Shown here piece by piece: positions 1 to 10,222 of a stretch of 64,000 bases of DNA. Source of the stretch: a bacterium (GTDB lineage Bacteria > Zhuqueibacterota > Zhuqueibacteria > Oceanimicrobiales > Oceanimicrobiaceae). Numbering within the stretch: the stretch's first letter is position 1; each line of letters starts with the position of its first letter. Under the pieces are notes generated by a model. The model was given only the letters and a program-made list of their open reading frames with translations. It was not told where the DNA came from and searched no databases. The position numbers and the translations under genes were made by a program. The stretch lies in the NCBI GenBank assembly GCA_046757165.1, contig JBHHXT010000002.1, positions 32,001 to 96,000 on the forward strand, in the 5' to 3' direction.

Positions 1-2
1 GA

Positions 3-1364
3 ACAGAGATTTTCAACAAGGAAGGAGAACGCATTGCGCTCGAGATCATTTTTACCGCCATCAAAGATGAATTTCAGAATGTCCTGAGTTACCGCGGTAG
101 AATTGCGAAGAAAAATGGCGAGATATCGTCAAGAATATCGTCGACGTTGATGATTGATCAACTTGAAATGGTCAACCAGATTTCGCAGATCGTCACAACC
201 GGATATGATGAGCCTCTCAGCATTTTTCTGGAGAGAATCGCCGAAAGCGTGTGCCAGATTTTTCGTTTTCGCCGCTCAACTCTTGCCTTGCTCGACAAGC
301 GGAAGAATTTTTTCATCAAACAGGCAATGGTTGGCTACTCCTCTTTTCCAGTGACGGATGACCGAAGTATCGAGGTCCCCCAGGAGGTCATCACGCGCGT
401 CTTTTTCGACCGCTTTCGCGTTCGGGTGCTCTACTACAACCAGGACCATCGTGACACGGCTCATTATCTGAACTCAAAATATCCGGAACGCCGAAGACAA
501 AAAAGACGGCCACCGTCGCAGTGGCACGACCGGGACCTGGTTTTGGTGAATCTGATGAACCGGGATGGCACCACGTTTGGCTATATCTCCCTGGACAGGC
601 CTGTCCCCGACCACTTCCCGGCACGAGACACGTTTCATAATCTTGAATTATATGGCCAGCTTGTATCGTTTGCGATTGAAAACTACTACCAATTCTCCAC
701 CCTCGAGCAGCGTTCCCGACGAATGAAGCAGATACTGGTCACGAGCAACATTTTCAAGCTTCATCTTTCCCTCAATGAGCTGCTCAAGGAGGTGGTTTGG
801 TCGATTAGATTTTCTCTGAATTTCAATCTCGTTGCTCTTGGCTTGATCAGCAAACGCAGCGGGCATTTGGAAATGAAGGCCATCGCCTGTGAAGACAAGG
901 TCAAGCGCGCACAGCTCGCCGAGCTCAATTTCCCGCTCAAGCCGCTCTCGCAGTTGATGCGTGCCGAGTATAGCTACGGCAAATCCTATTTTGTCGTGAA
1001 GGAAGAGCCGGTGGTCAAGACGTTCAAGCACATCTATCATGGCCCGAAGTCAGACGGCACACTGAATGGCCACTGGCCGATATGTGGCCTGTTGCTGGTT
1101 CCGATCAAATCCAGGGAAGGCAAAATCATTGGGGTCTTGATGGCTGATGATCCGGCGAACAACAAGCTGCCGGGGCGGGATGTGGTCGATACGTTGGAGA
1201 TCATGGCGAATCAGATTGCTGTTGCCATAGACAATCGCGTTTTGTATGTCCAGGCGCAGCAGAAGCAGCGCGAAGGTGAACGCAAAGCAGAAAGAACCGA
1301 CATGCTTTCCGGTTATGTGCCCACAGGCGTCAAGCGACGCTTTGTTGACCGGTTTTTCAAGTAA
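3..1364 (+). CDS. PAS/PAC + tandem GAF sensory protein, 5'-partial
   Basis: Frame is open from base 3 (TEIFNKEGERIALEIIFTAIKDEFQNVLSYRG, PAC-like) into the 147..1364 ORF. Two GAF-like repeats (LLVPIKSREGKIIGVL...LEIMANQIAVAIDNR). No output domain before the stop. Confidence 0.7.
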   Translation, partial: TEIFNKEGERIALEIIFTAIKDEFQNVLSYRGRIAKKNGEISSRISSTLMIDQLEMVNQISQIVTTGYDEPLSIFLERIAESVCQIFRFRRSTLALLDKRKNFFIKQAMVGYSSFPVTDDRSIEVPQEVITRVFFDRFRVRVLYYNQDHRDTAHYLNSKYPERRRQKRRPPSQWHDRDLVLVNLMNRDGTTFGYISLDRPVPDHFPARDTFHNLELYGQLVSFAIENYYQFSTLEQRSRRMKQILVTSNIFKLHLSLNELLKEVVWSIRFSLNFNLVALGLISKRSGHLEMKAIACEDKVKRAQLAELNFPLKPLSQLMRAEYSYGKSYFVVKEEPVVKTFKHIYHGPKSDGTLNGHWPICGLLLVPIKSREGKIIGVLMADDPANNKLPGRDVVDTLEIMANQIAVAIDNRVLYVQAQQKQREGERKAERTDMLSGYVPTGVKRRFVDRFFK

Positions 1365-1545
1365 ATATCACGCCTCTCTTTAATAATATTTGCTCTTACA
1401 ATTTCCTCTAGTCTGACAATTTATCTTGATTTCAAGTGTACAATTGTTTAGTTTGAATTTTGGGATTTTTTTTCCTTTCTCTTTGTAGCAATTGAATACA
1501 AGTTCGACTCGTCACTGACAATCCCATGAATGAGAGGAGTGATTC

Positions 1546-2808
1546 ATTACACGTCGTACAGCTCTTTTGATCCTGTTGAGCTGCCTGAGTATCAGGTGTG
1601 CTGACCGTGACAGAGCAAATCCGCTAGATCCGAGAAATCCTGATACCTTTGGAAAACCGACCGGACTGATGGTTAGTTCAAGTCGGGATACGGTTTTTCT
1701 GCGCTGGGAGAGAATTAGATTGACGGACGTGATCGGTGTCCGACTATATCGCATGGCTGCTTTTGAGGCGGGTTTTCGCCAGTTGGCTCAACTGCCGCCA
1801 GAAGCGAGCAGGTTTGATGATGTCAACGTTGAGGCGGGAGTCGAGTATGCCTACCAAATCACCGCAATGGGCGCCGACTTTGAGAGCATGCGCTCAGATA
1901 CCGTGCGGGTCGAGCCGGGGCCGACCTTTAATTGGGTGGCAGAAAACCCGGGTGCCTCAAACCGCTTACTCAAGCTGACCCACGATAGCAGGCACGTCAT
2001 GACGGGAACGAGTGGATTCTTGACCATCATTGACATCGAGCCGAACCTCAGAAATGGCCAGGTCTGGGTCATCGATTTTATCACCCCGGGGTTGGGCCAG
2101 GTGATCAGAGTTTCAGCCAGGGGTCAGGTCGTGCTACCGTTCCTCAATCTTGCCGGGCCGCGAGACGCCGCAATTGTACTCGAGACCGGCAGCCTGTGGG
2201 TGGCTAATGCGCATGACAGCTCAGTGGTCAAACTCAACGTGGATGGCGAGATGCTTTTTTCAGAACGGAATTTCATCCGTCCTGTCTCTGTGGCTGTGGA
2301 CCAGCGTACAGGAGCGTGTTGGGTAGCAGATGGCGGACGAAACGAAGTTGTCAGACTTGGCCCGGATGGCTCGGAGAGACTCGTCTCTGCTGTCGCGTTT
2401 CAAGCCGTCGCGGGGCTGGCGACAAATTCCGCCGACGGCTCGGTCTGGGTCTCGGACAAAACCCGGGTGCTCAAACTTGATGACAGAGGCGAGCCATTGC
2501 TCGAGATCGCAAACGATTTCACTGACGCCCGCAAATTAGCCGTCAATGATAGCACAGGTGCGGTATGGATGATCAACTGGAATCCCTCGACCGTGAGCAA
2601 ATTCCGTCCGGATGGGCAAAAAGCTTTTGAACTGCCGGGATTCAACCGGCCAGCAGACCTGGCCATCAACCTGTTCGATGATAGTTGCCTGGTCGCAGAT
2701 ACTGAGAACCACCGTTTGGTCAAGATCTCATCCGAGGGCCAGCAAGTCAGCGTGGTTCAGAAATTGACGTTTCCAAGCGCTGTCGCGGTCCAGAACGAGA
2801 TGGATTAG
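1546..2808 (+). CDS. Putative lipoprotein with FN3-like domain and NHL/beta-propeller repeats
   Basis: Signal-like N-terminus ending C-ADRDRANPLDP; FN3-like segment (LRW...YRM...YAYQITA); repeated WVAD/P.xxAVD motifs. Start uncertain: ATT at 1546 after GAGGAG, or TTG at 1567. Confidence 0.7.
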   Translation: MTRRTALLILLSCLSIRCADRDRANPLDPRNPDTFGKPTGLMVSSSRDTVFLRWERIRLTDVIGVRLYRMAAFEAGFRQLAQLPPEASRFDDVNVEAGVEYAYQITAMGADFESMRSDTVRVEPGPTFNWVAENPGASNRLLKLTHDSRHVMTGTSGFLTIIDIEPNLRNGQVWVIDFITPGLGQVIRVSARGQVVLPFLNLAGPRDAAIVLETGSLWVANAHDSSVVKLNVDGEMLFSERNFIRPVSVAVDQRTGACWVADGGRNEVVRLGPDGSERLVSAVAFQAVAGLATNSADGSVWVSDKTRVLKLDDRGEPLLEIANDFTDARKLAVNDSTGAVWMINWNPSTVSKFRPDGQKAFELPGFNRPADLAINLFDDSCLVADTENHRLVKISSEGQQVSVVQKLTFPSAVAVQNEMD

Positions 2809-2972
2809 AGCGACTTCAAGTGAACGAGAGTGAATCATTTGTGGGGTTATGCCGTACAGTCGTTCTGAAAGTGGCCCTGAGATTTGTTCATGACCATAAA
2901 GGTTCCGAAGCTGCATCCAGAGATACGGGAGGCCCAAATTGAATATGAGCTTATTTCTTAAAGGAGGAGTTC

Positions 2973-3323
2973 ATGGAAGGGTTTGAAGTTAGAAAAAATG
3001 AGAATGGTGCCATAACGATTCTGAGTCTCAAGGGCTACTTAGACGCGCACACGGCGCCGACTCTCGAGTCTGCTTTTCAAGAGTTAGTCGACGAAAAGAA
3101 ATACAAAATCGTGGTCAATTTTGCAGATCTGAATTACATCAGCAGCGCTGGCCTGGGCGTTTTCATGGGCTTTATTGAAGATATTCGCAAGAATGGTGGC
3201 GACATCAAGCTGAGCAGTATGAAGCCAAAAATCTTCAGAGTATTTGACCTGCTTGGCTTCCCAACGCTCTATGATATTCTGGACGAAGAGGAAAAGGCGG
3301 TTAATAAATTCAACAAAACCTGA
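2973..3323 (+). CDS. rsbV: STAS-domain anti-anti-sigma factor (RsbV/SpoIIAA family)
   Basis: LKGYLDAHTAP and YISSAGLG phosphoacceptor-serine motif; strong SD AAGGAGG. Confidence 0.9.
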   Translation: MEGFEVRKNENGAITILSLKGYLDAHTAPTLESAFQELVDEKKYKIVVNFADLNYISSAGLGVFMGFIEDIRKNGGDIKLSSMKPKIFRVFDLLGFPTLYDILDEEEKAVNKFNKT

Positions 3324-3383
3324 TGAGTGATTTCGTGCTGAGTCAAAACAACCAGAATACTCATAAACAGCCGGGCTAAGAAG

Positions 3384-3824
3384 GTGGTGAAGGTTTTGCC
3401 TAAGACGAAAAAAAAATATCAACTAAAGATACCGAGCCAGTCGGATAATCTTGTCCTGATCCGAGAGTTGGTCAGCAGGGTAGCAGAGCAAGTCGGGTTT
3501 GACCATGACGAAGCCAGCAAGATCGAGCTGGCGGTGGACGAAGCTTGCACGAATGTGATCAAACACGCCTATGGCAACAATTCGAACGAAATCATCGATG
3601 TCATGATTAAGATAGACAAGAAGAAACTCATCATCATTGTTTCGGATCGAGGAAAAGGGTTTGACCCGGATGACGTTGGGATGCCGGATTTGACCGAATC
3701 CATGAAACACGGCCGCAAAGGAGGTCTCGGGATTTGTTTGATCAAGACTTTGATGGACAAAGTGGATTTCCAAATGAAACCGGGATCCAAGAACCAGGTT
3801 AGAATGGTCAAGTATCTCAACTGA
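3384..3824 (+). CDS. rsbW: Anti-sigma factor Ser/Thr kinase (RsbW/SpoIIAB family, HATPase_c_2)
   Basis: ELAVDEACTNVIKHAY, DRGKGFD and GGLG motifs; lies between STAS and PP2C genes. Confidence 0.9.
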   Translation: MVKVLPKTKKKYQLKIPSQSDNLVLIRELVSRVAEQVGFDHDEASKIELAVDEACTNVIKHAYGNNSNEIIDVMIKIDKKKLIIIVSDRGKGFDPDDVGMPDLTESMKHGRKGGLGICLIKTLMDKVDFQMKPGSKNQVRMVKYLN

Positions 3825-3831
3825 GAGATTA

Positions 3832-5556
3832 GTGGACAAAAACTTAAGAGAAAAGTACGAGCTCCAAGCCCTTTTTGATCTGAGCAAAGCGCTCAACTCC
3901 TCCCTCAATCTCAAAACCATTCTCGACACAATCTTACTGACGCCGATGGGCAAGTTGTTGATCGCCAGAGGTTTGGTTTTCATTGCCAGGGGTGAGCGTG
4001 CATTCATGATCGAGACGCTGAAGGGGCTTCCCAAATCAATCCTCGGCAAGGTCATTGAAATCGATGAGTTTCCACAGGGACCCTGCTCTGTCAAAGAGTT
4101 ACCTCCTACGCCCTGGCAGGCATTCTTGTTCAGGGAGGGCGTCGAGCTGGTTATTCCGATTTTGCACGATGGCAAGGAACTGGGGATGATTGGTTTCGGC
4201 AATAAAATCCTTGACAGCGGGTTCACCGATTCAGAGCTGGACTACCTGCACTCTTTGTCCAATATTGCTGCCACAGCCGTGCAGAACGGCATCATTTTTC
4301 AGGAGCTGCATGAGGCGAATCGAAAGCTCGAGAAGAAAGTGCAGGAGCTCAACACGCTGTCGGAAATCGTCAAGGAGCTGAATGCCACCCTTTCGACCCT
4401 GGAAAGCGAGAAGGTGGTCAACTTGCTGGCGTATTCGATCATGGGCGAGATGATGGTGAACCGCTGTCTGATCTTCCTCGCAGACGAAGACAGCATGACG
4501 TTGTTTTTGAACAAAGGCCTGTCCTCCAAGCAAGTGGATGGCCTCCTGAACGACGATGTGATCATGAAGGAGCTGCGCGATCTCGAGCAGCCGGTGCAGG
4601 TGTGTGAACATCCTGAACCCGCCATCAGCACCAGGTTCGGCGAGGTGGCACTGTCGGTGCTCATCCCGATGAGGATTGAGAACAAATCAAAAGGTGTCAT
4701 CGTGCTCGGCGACAAGATTACAAAGCAGCCATTTGTTAAAGATGACCTGGATTTTTTGTCCATTCTCGGAAGCTGGTCCATGATTTCCATCGAGACGGCG
4801 AGACTGATTGAACAAGAGATCGAGAAGCAAAAGCTCGAGGAGGAGCTCCGGATTGCGAGCCGCATGCAGCGACAGCTTTTGCCCGCAAGCTGTCCCAAAA
4901 TTGAGACCGTCCAGGTCGCTGCGGTCAATCACCCGTCGCGCCAGGTCGGCGGCGACTATTACGACTGCATCAAGCTGAGCGACAACGAATACCTGTTTTG
5001 CATTGCTGACGTGTCAGGAAAAGGCACGCCGGCCGCCCTATTGATGTCGAATTTACAGGCCAGCCTGCGAGCCATGGTCAGGAGTGGGCTGGTCTTGAGC
5101 GAAATCGTGCAGCGCATCAACGGCATCATTTATGATAACACGGCGCCGGATAAGTTCATCACGGCGTTTTTTGGGATTCTCAAAGTCATGGAGCGAAGGT
5201 TCACCTCGGTCAACGCCGGACACAACCCGCCCTATCTCTTTCACAAGGATGCCTCGTTCCAAACGCTCGAGCAAGGAGGCCTGATTCTGGGCATGATGCA
5301 CACTGTCGAGTATGAATTCGAAACGGTGCAATTGCACTCAGGCGATAGTTTGATCATGTTCACCGATGGCGTGTCAGAGGCAATGAACGCCGAAGGAGAG
5401 GAGTTTCACGAGCACCGTATCGAAAAGTGTGTGACAGAGAGTCTCCACGCTTCTGCTGATGAGATTCTCAGACATATCATCAATTCCGTGGCGGATTTTT
5501 CAGCAGGAGAACCCCAGGCCGATGACATAACGGTCCTGACGATCAAGATGATCTAG
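3832..5556 (+). CDS. GAF-GAF-SpoIIE (PP2C) phosphatase, RsbU-like
   Basis: VGGDYYD, IADVSGKGTPAALLM, NAGHNPP, FTDGVSE and DDIT motifs; N-terminal GAF-like repeats. Confidence 0.9.
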   Translation: MDKNLREKYELQALFDLSKALNSSLNLKTILDTILLTPMGKLLIARGLVFIARGERAFMIETLKGLPKSILGKVIEIDEFPQGPCSVKELPPTPWQAFLFREGVELVIPILHDGKELGMIGFGNKILDSGFTDSELDYLHSLSNIAATAVQNGIIFQELHEANRKLEKKVQELNTLSEIVKELNATLSTLESEKVVNLLAYSIMGEMMVNRCLIFLADEDSMTLFLNKGLSSKQVDGLLNDDVIMKELRDLEQPVQVCEHPEPAISTRFGEVALSVLIPMRIENKSKGVIVLGDKITKQPFVKDDLDFLSILGSWSMISIETARLIEQEIEKQKLEEELRIASRMQRQLLPASCPKIETVQVAAVNHPSRQVGGDYYDCIKLSDNEYLFCIADVSGKGTPAALLMSNLQASLRAMVRSGLVLSEIVQRINGIIYDNTAPDKFITAFFGILKVMERRFTSVNAGHNPPYLFHKDASFQTLEQGGLILGMMHTVEYEFETVQLHSGDSLIMFTDGVSEAMNAEGEEFHEHRIEKCVTESLHASADEILRHIINSVADFSAGEPQADDITVLTIKMI

Positions 5557-5632
5557 ATTTGACGCAGAGAATCCCAGCCCTGCCACGCCCAGTCACCGCT
5601 GGATAGAGACGAAAAGGCACACCGCGATTCGA

Positions 5633-6934
5633 ATGAGTCTGTCGCTGGACAACCCTGAAAATCTCAAGAGAGATATATCTTCCTCCGGTCTCTCAGCTCT
5701 GGTTCTGAACGGGTTGATTGGCGCCGGCATTTTCGCGCTGCCATCGGCGGTGGCCAGTCGGACAGGAGAGTTCAGCCCCTTCATGTATATCATTTGCGGA
5801 TTGATGGTCCTGCCGGTGGTGCTCTCTTTTAGTGAAGCCGCGCGTTTTTTTGACGGAACGGGCGGCCCGGTGTTGTATGCCAAAACCGCCTTTGGGTCCA
5901 TAGTCGGGTTTCAAACCGGTTGGTTGCTCTACATCGGCCGCGTCACGGCCCTGGCTGCAAACTCAAACAAATTGGTCGACTATGCTGCTCTGCTCTGGCC
6001 CTGGCTTGGCGAGGGGGTCGGCCGCACCTTGACCATCGTTGCCATTTTTCTCTTGTTTGCGGCAGTCAATGTGGTTGGCGTCCGGCGCGGAGCTGAAGCG
6101 ACGAATCTGCTAACAATTCTGAAATTGACACCTTTGTTATTGTTTATTGGCTTCGGAATTTCTTATATTAGACCGGCACAACTGGTGGCTTTTTCGCCGC
6201 CCTCTTATGACAGCGTTGCGGACACCATGTTGTTGGTGGTGTATGCGTTTGTTGGATTCGAGGGCGCGGTGGTGCCAGCCGGAGAGGCCCGGGCGCCAAA
6301 GAACGACATGCCCAGGGCACTGCTGGTCACACTCGGTTTTACGACATGTCTGTACGTGCTGGTTCAGACGGTGTGTGTTGCTGTGTTGCCTGGATTGGCG
6401 GAAACGAAAACCCCGTTGGCTGACGTCGCGAGAGTCATGACTGGCCAGGCCGGCACCTGGATTATGACTTGCGCCGCGATTGCTTCCATCGCGGGCAATC
6501 TCTCTGCCATTGTTCTGACAGCTCCCCGAATGACTTATGCGATGGCTCAGGACAACGCCTTGCCGGCGTGGTTCGGCAGCACGCACAAACGATACAAAAC
6601 GCCAGCCGGGTCCATTCTTTTCCTGGCAGCACTGGGACTTGCCCTGGCTGTTTCTGGAACGTTCGTGCTGCTGGCCATCATGAGCACGCTGACGCGGATG
6701 CTCGGGTACATGGTTTGCCTTGCCGCCGTCCCTGGAATCAAGAAGGCATTTTCTCGCGGTGGGGTCATTCGCCCTGGATGGCGGAGTTTCCTCATTCCCG
6801 GTTCAGGGTTTCTGCTCTGCCTGTGGCTGGCGGCATACGCAAATCTGTACGCGTGGTTAATGACCGGGGCGTTTGTCGGATTAGGATTTGTGCTCTACGC
6901 TACCTCACGCCGGGCCTCGGTGGGAGGTGCTTGA
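5633..6934 (+). CDS. APC-family amino acid permease
   Basis: IGAGIFALP, GGPVLY and YAFVGFE motifs; about 12 hydrophobic segments. Confidence 0.9.
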   Translation: MSLSLDNPENLKRDISSSGLSALVLNGLIGAGIFALPSAVASRTGEFSPFMYIICGLMVLPVVLSFSEAARFFDGTGGPVLYAKTAFGSIVGFQTGWLLYIGRVTALAANSNKLVDYAALLWPWLGEGVGRTLTIVAIFLLFAAVNVVGVRRGAEATNLLTILKLTPLLLFIGFGISYIRPAQLVAFSPPSYDSVADTMLLVVYAFVGFEGAVVPAGEARAPKNDMPRALLVTLGFTTCLYVLVQTVCVAVLPGLAETKTPLADVARVMTGQAGTWIMTCAAIASIAGNLSAIVLTAPRMTYAMAQDNALPAWFGSTHKRYKTPAGSILFLAALGLALAVSGTFVLLAIMSTLTRMLGYMVCLAAVPGIKKAFSRGGVIRPGWRSFLIPGSGFLLCLWLAAYANLYAWLMTGAFVGLGFVLYATSRRASVGGA

Positions 6935-6986
6935 GAAGCGTTTGGATAATGATGATTTCAGCGACACTTAGTTTTTTCTGGAGCAG

Positions 6987-8132
6987 ATGGCGAACATATT
7001 AGTCGTTGATGACGAAAAATCAATTACCTACTTACTGTCGGAGGTGCTCAGAAAGGACGGCCATTTCGTCAAGACACTCTCTGACGGCAAGCTAGTTGGT
7101 GAAGATCTCGAGAAACAGGATTACGATTTGGTGGTGTCAGACCTCCATATGAAGGAGGTGGGCGGAATCGAAGTGCTCAAGACCGTCAAGAAAAAGGATG
7201 AGAATACTGAGGTTCTGATCCTCACCGGCCATGGTACGATTTCTACGGCAGTCGAGGCCATGAAACTGAGCGCTTTCGAGTTTCTGACCAAGCCAATCGA
7301 CATGGAGGAGTTCCGCCTCAAGGTGCAAAAGGCGTTAGAGCGGCGCAGCTTCAAGCTCAAGATTGAGAAGCAGCAGAAAGAGATCCGAGAACAGCAGGAG
7401 ATGATTCGTAAAGACCTGCAGCTCGCGGAGCAAGTACAAAGAAGTCTGGTGCCTCGATCTCTGCGTCTGCCTCAAATCGACGTTAGCGTCAAGCACATGC
7501 CCATGATTGGGGTCGGAGGGGACTTCGCTGATATCTATTACGACGGCCTCGAGAACGTCTATCTCACGCTGATTGACGTCACGGGGCATGGGATTACCGC
7601 GGCCCTGTTGGTCAACCGCATTTGCAGCGAAATCCGCAACCTGGTGCGCGAACAACGCCGGCCGGCCTCCATACTCTATACCGTCAACAATTTTATTTTC
7701 GACGCTTTTGATGGCATGGCGATGTTCCTGACCATGTTCTGTGGGGTTCTGAATCTGCGGAAAAGGACATTTACCTATGCCGGTAGTGCTCATCCTGCGG
7801 TTATCCTCTGGCAAAACCATGCCCAAAAATTCACAAAGTTGGAATCTCAGAACATCATCATCGGTTATGAAAAGCGGGAAGAAAACCGATTTAAACAAGA
7901 CAGCATCAGAATCTATCCGAATGACAAGATCTTGATGTACACTGACGGCATTATTGAAGCCGAAGACGAGCGCGGCAAGCAGTTGGGGATCAATGGATTT
8001 CTCGATTTTTTTAGATCGAGCATCAACACCTCGACGGATGAAATCATCGAGCGCATCCTGGATGGGATTTATGATTTTAGCCCGAATCCGATCAAAGACG
8101 ATGTATACCTCATTCTTGCTGGCTTGAAGTGA
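6987..8132 (+). CDS. Response regulator receiver fused to SpoIIE/PP2C phosphatase
   Basis: ILVVDDE, SDLHM and FLTKP receiver motifs; VGGDF, DVTGHG, YTDGIIE and DDV phosphatase motifs. Confidence 0.9.
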   Translation: MANILVVDDEKSITYLLSEVLRKDGHFVKTLSDGKLVGEDLEKQDYDLVVSDLHMKEVGGIEVLKTVKKKDENTEVLILTGHGTISTAVEAMKLSAFEFLTKPIDMEEFRLKVQKALERRSFKLKIEKQQKEIREQQEMIRKDLQLAEQVQRSLVPRSLRLPQIDVSVKHMPMIGVGGDFADIYYDGLENVYLTLIDVTGHGITAALLVNRICSEIRNLVREQRRPASILYTVNNFIFDAFDGMAMFLTMFCGVLNLRKRTFTYAGSAHPAVILWQNHAQKFTKLESQNIIIGYEKREENRFKQDSIRIYPNDKILMYTDGIIEAEDERGKQLGINGFLDFFRSSINTSTDEIIERILDGIYDFSPNPIKDDVYLILAGLK

Positions 8133-8147
8133 GGCACGTTTCGAGAC

Positions 8148-9047
8148 ATGGATGATAGAACACCGAACATAACCGCACCTCATGAGACAGTTGCACGGAG
8201 TCAGGGCCCGAGGTTTCTCAGTCGGCTGAGAAGTGACAACCCGAAGTTGAATGGTTACCTCTTCATCGCGACATGTGTGACCACTTTCTTAACTGGCTAT
8301 GCGGGTAAGGCGTCATGGCAGGATGGACTCTGGTATAGTGGCGGTATCATGTCAATTCTGATTGCTCACGAAATGGGCCATTACCTGATGTGCAGAAGAT
8401 ACAAAATCAAAGCGACGTTGCCCTATTTCCTCCCTTTTATTCCGGCGTTCAATCCGTTTGGCACGCTCGGCGCGGTCATCAAGATGGAATCGGTCATTCC
8501 AAACCGCAAAGCGCTCTTTGATGTTGCTGTGGCCGGGCCCCTGGCAGGTCTGGCCCTGACGATCCCGGCGCTTTATTTTGGCATTCAATTTTCAGAGGTT
8601 GTGGAGGTTTCAACCATCAACTCGTCGGGAGTGTGGTACCTCGGCGAATCCTTGTTGTATACAAAAATATCGGACTGGGCGGTAGGCGCATTGCCTGAGA
8701 ACAAAGACATCCTGCTTCATCCACTGGCGTTCGCCGGCTGGGCAGGGCTTTTTGTTACCGCCCTGAACCTGCTTCCGATCGGACAACTAGATGGCGGCCA
8801 CGTCATTTATGCGCTCGTCGGAAGAAACCATGGTTTTGTTGCCAAGGCCGCGCTGGTGGCTTTCGGCTATATTGCCATCTTCCAGTATCGAGGCTGGGCC
8901 TTGTTTCTCATTCTCCTGATCTGGTTCGGGCATCGCCATCCGCCCACTCTGGACGAGACCCCTGTCGACCGAAAAAGAAAAATCATCGGCGTTTTGACGA
9001 TGATTGTTTTCTTTCTTTCATTTACACCGGAACCTTTCAAGTTCTGA
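8148..9047 (+). CDS. Site-2 protease family (M50) intramembrane metalloprotease
   Basis: HEMGH zinc motif, AGPLAG and NLLPIGQLDGGH. Confidence 0.92.
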   Translation: MDDRTPNITAPHETVARSQGPRFLSRLRSDNPKLNGYLFIATCVTTFLTGYAGKASWQDGLWYSGGIMSILIAHEMGHYLMCRRYKIKATLPYFLPFIPAFNPFGTLGAVIKMESVIPNRKALFDVAVAGPLAGLALTIPALYFGIQFSEVVEVSTINSSGVWYLGESLLYTKISDWAVGALPENKDILLHPLAFAGWAGLFVTALNLLPIGQLDGGHVIYALVGRNHGFVAKAALVAFGYIAIFQYRGWALFLILLIWFGHRHPPTLDETPVDRKRKIIGVLTMIVFFLSFTPEPFKF

Positions 9048-9165
9048 GCATTATACTTAGTACTTAATATATTCCTGACAAGAGTGTTGGATATGTCTGC
9101 GGGGGTTCTTATATTCGCTAAACGTTGACCGCCCCTGCTTCTAGAGAGATTACCACTAGAGAGAG

Positions 9166-10158
9166 ATGACCATGAACTTCGAATTTCCGGATTCCGTTGA
9201 GCTCGCAAAGCTGCCGACACCGATCGATTTGCTAGAACGACTTTCCAACAGTTTGGAGGGTCCCAGGATTTATGTGAAGCGTGACGATGAAACCGGAATT
9301 GCAGTCACCGGCAACAAAGTCAGAAAACTCGAATTCTTGCTGGCTGAGGCACTCGCGCGGGGATGCGACACCGTGATTACGTGCGGTGGCTATCAATCCA
9401 ATCACGCCAGAACAACCGCCGTGGTGGCCGCGAGATTGGGTCTAAAATGCCACCTGGTGTTGAGAAATGGCCTGAGTGCATCCATGGACGGCAATCTTTT
9501 TATCGACCGGTTGGTAGGCGCAGAGATACAGTATGTGTCACCGGAAGAATACATGCGAATCGATGATGTGATGCAACAGGTCGCAAGAGATGTAAAGTCG
9601 AGTGGCAACAAATCTTACATCATCCCCGAAGGCGGGTCAAACGAAATCGGCGCGCTCGGATACTTGAAAGCCGCCAGGGAGATCGCCGAGCAATTGCGCG
9701 CGATGAAACTGAAGATACACCACATCATTGTGCCGCTCGGGTCGGGTGGGACACAAGCCGGGCTGCTGCTGGGCAAGTACTTGTTTGATTTGCCCGCACG
9801 GATACATGGTATCAATGTGTGTGATGACAAGGCCTACTTCGTCAGCAAAATACACAAACTGCTGCAACGGATAGAGCGGCGCTTTAATATGGATATTCAG
9901 ATTGGCAAGGAAGAGATTCGTGTTATCGATGGCTACGTCGGGAAAGGCTACGGCTTGAGCAGTCAGGAGGAGATCGATCTCATCAAGCAAATAGCCAAAA
10001 TGGAAGGGGTCATTTTGGATCCGGTGTACACGGGAAAAGCCATGTTTGGCTTGTTGGACCAGGTGAAGAAAGGGGGATTCACAGCGGACGAGAACATTTT
10101 GTTCATCCATACTGGCGGCATTTTCGGACTTTTTCCAAAGAGAACCTTGTTTTTTTAG
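9166..10158 (+). CDS. D-cysteine desulfhydrase family PLP enzyme
   Basis: KRDD...GNKVRKLE, QSNHAR, PEGGSN, DPVYTGKA and FIHTGG motifs. Confidence 0.9.
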   Translation: MTMNFEFPDSVELAKLPTPIDLLERLSNSLEGPRIYVKRDDETGIAVTGNKVRKLEFLLAEALARGCDTVITCGGYQSNHARTTAVVAARLGLKCHLVLRNGLSASMDGNLFIDRLVGAEIQYVSPEEYMRIDDVMQQVARDVKSSGNKSYIIPEGGSNEIGALGYLKAAREIAEQLRAMKLKIHHIIVPLGSGGTQAGLLLGKYLFDLPARIHGINVCDDKAYFVSKIHKLLQRIERRFNMDIQIGKEEIRVIDGYVGKGYGLSSQEEIDLIKQIAKMEGVILDPVYTGKAMFGLLDQVKKGGFTADENILFIHTGGIFGLFPKRTLFF

Positions 10159-10222
10159 CCTGGATCATTCCTGACGCTCTTGGCCTAAACCTTGCGAACT
10201 CTGTGTCCAGTTCCGGCTTGGG

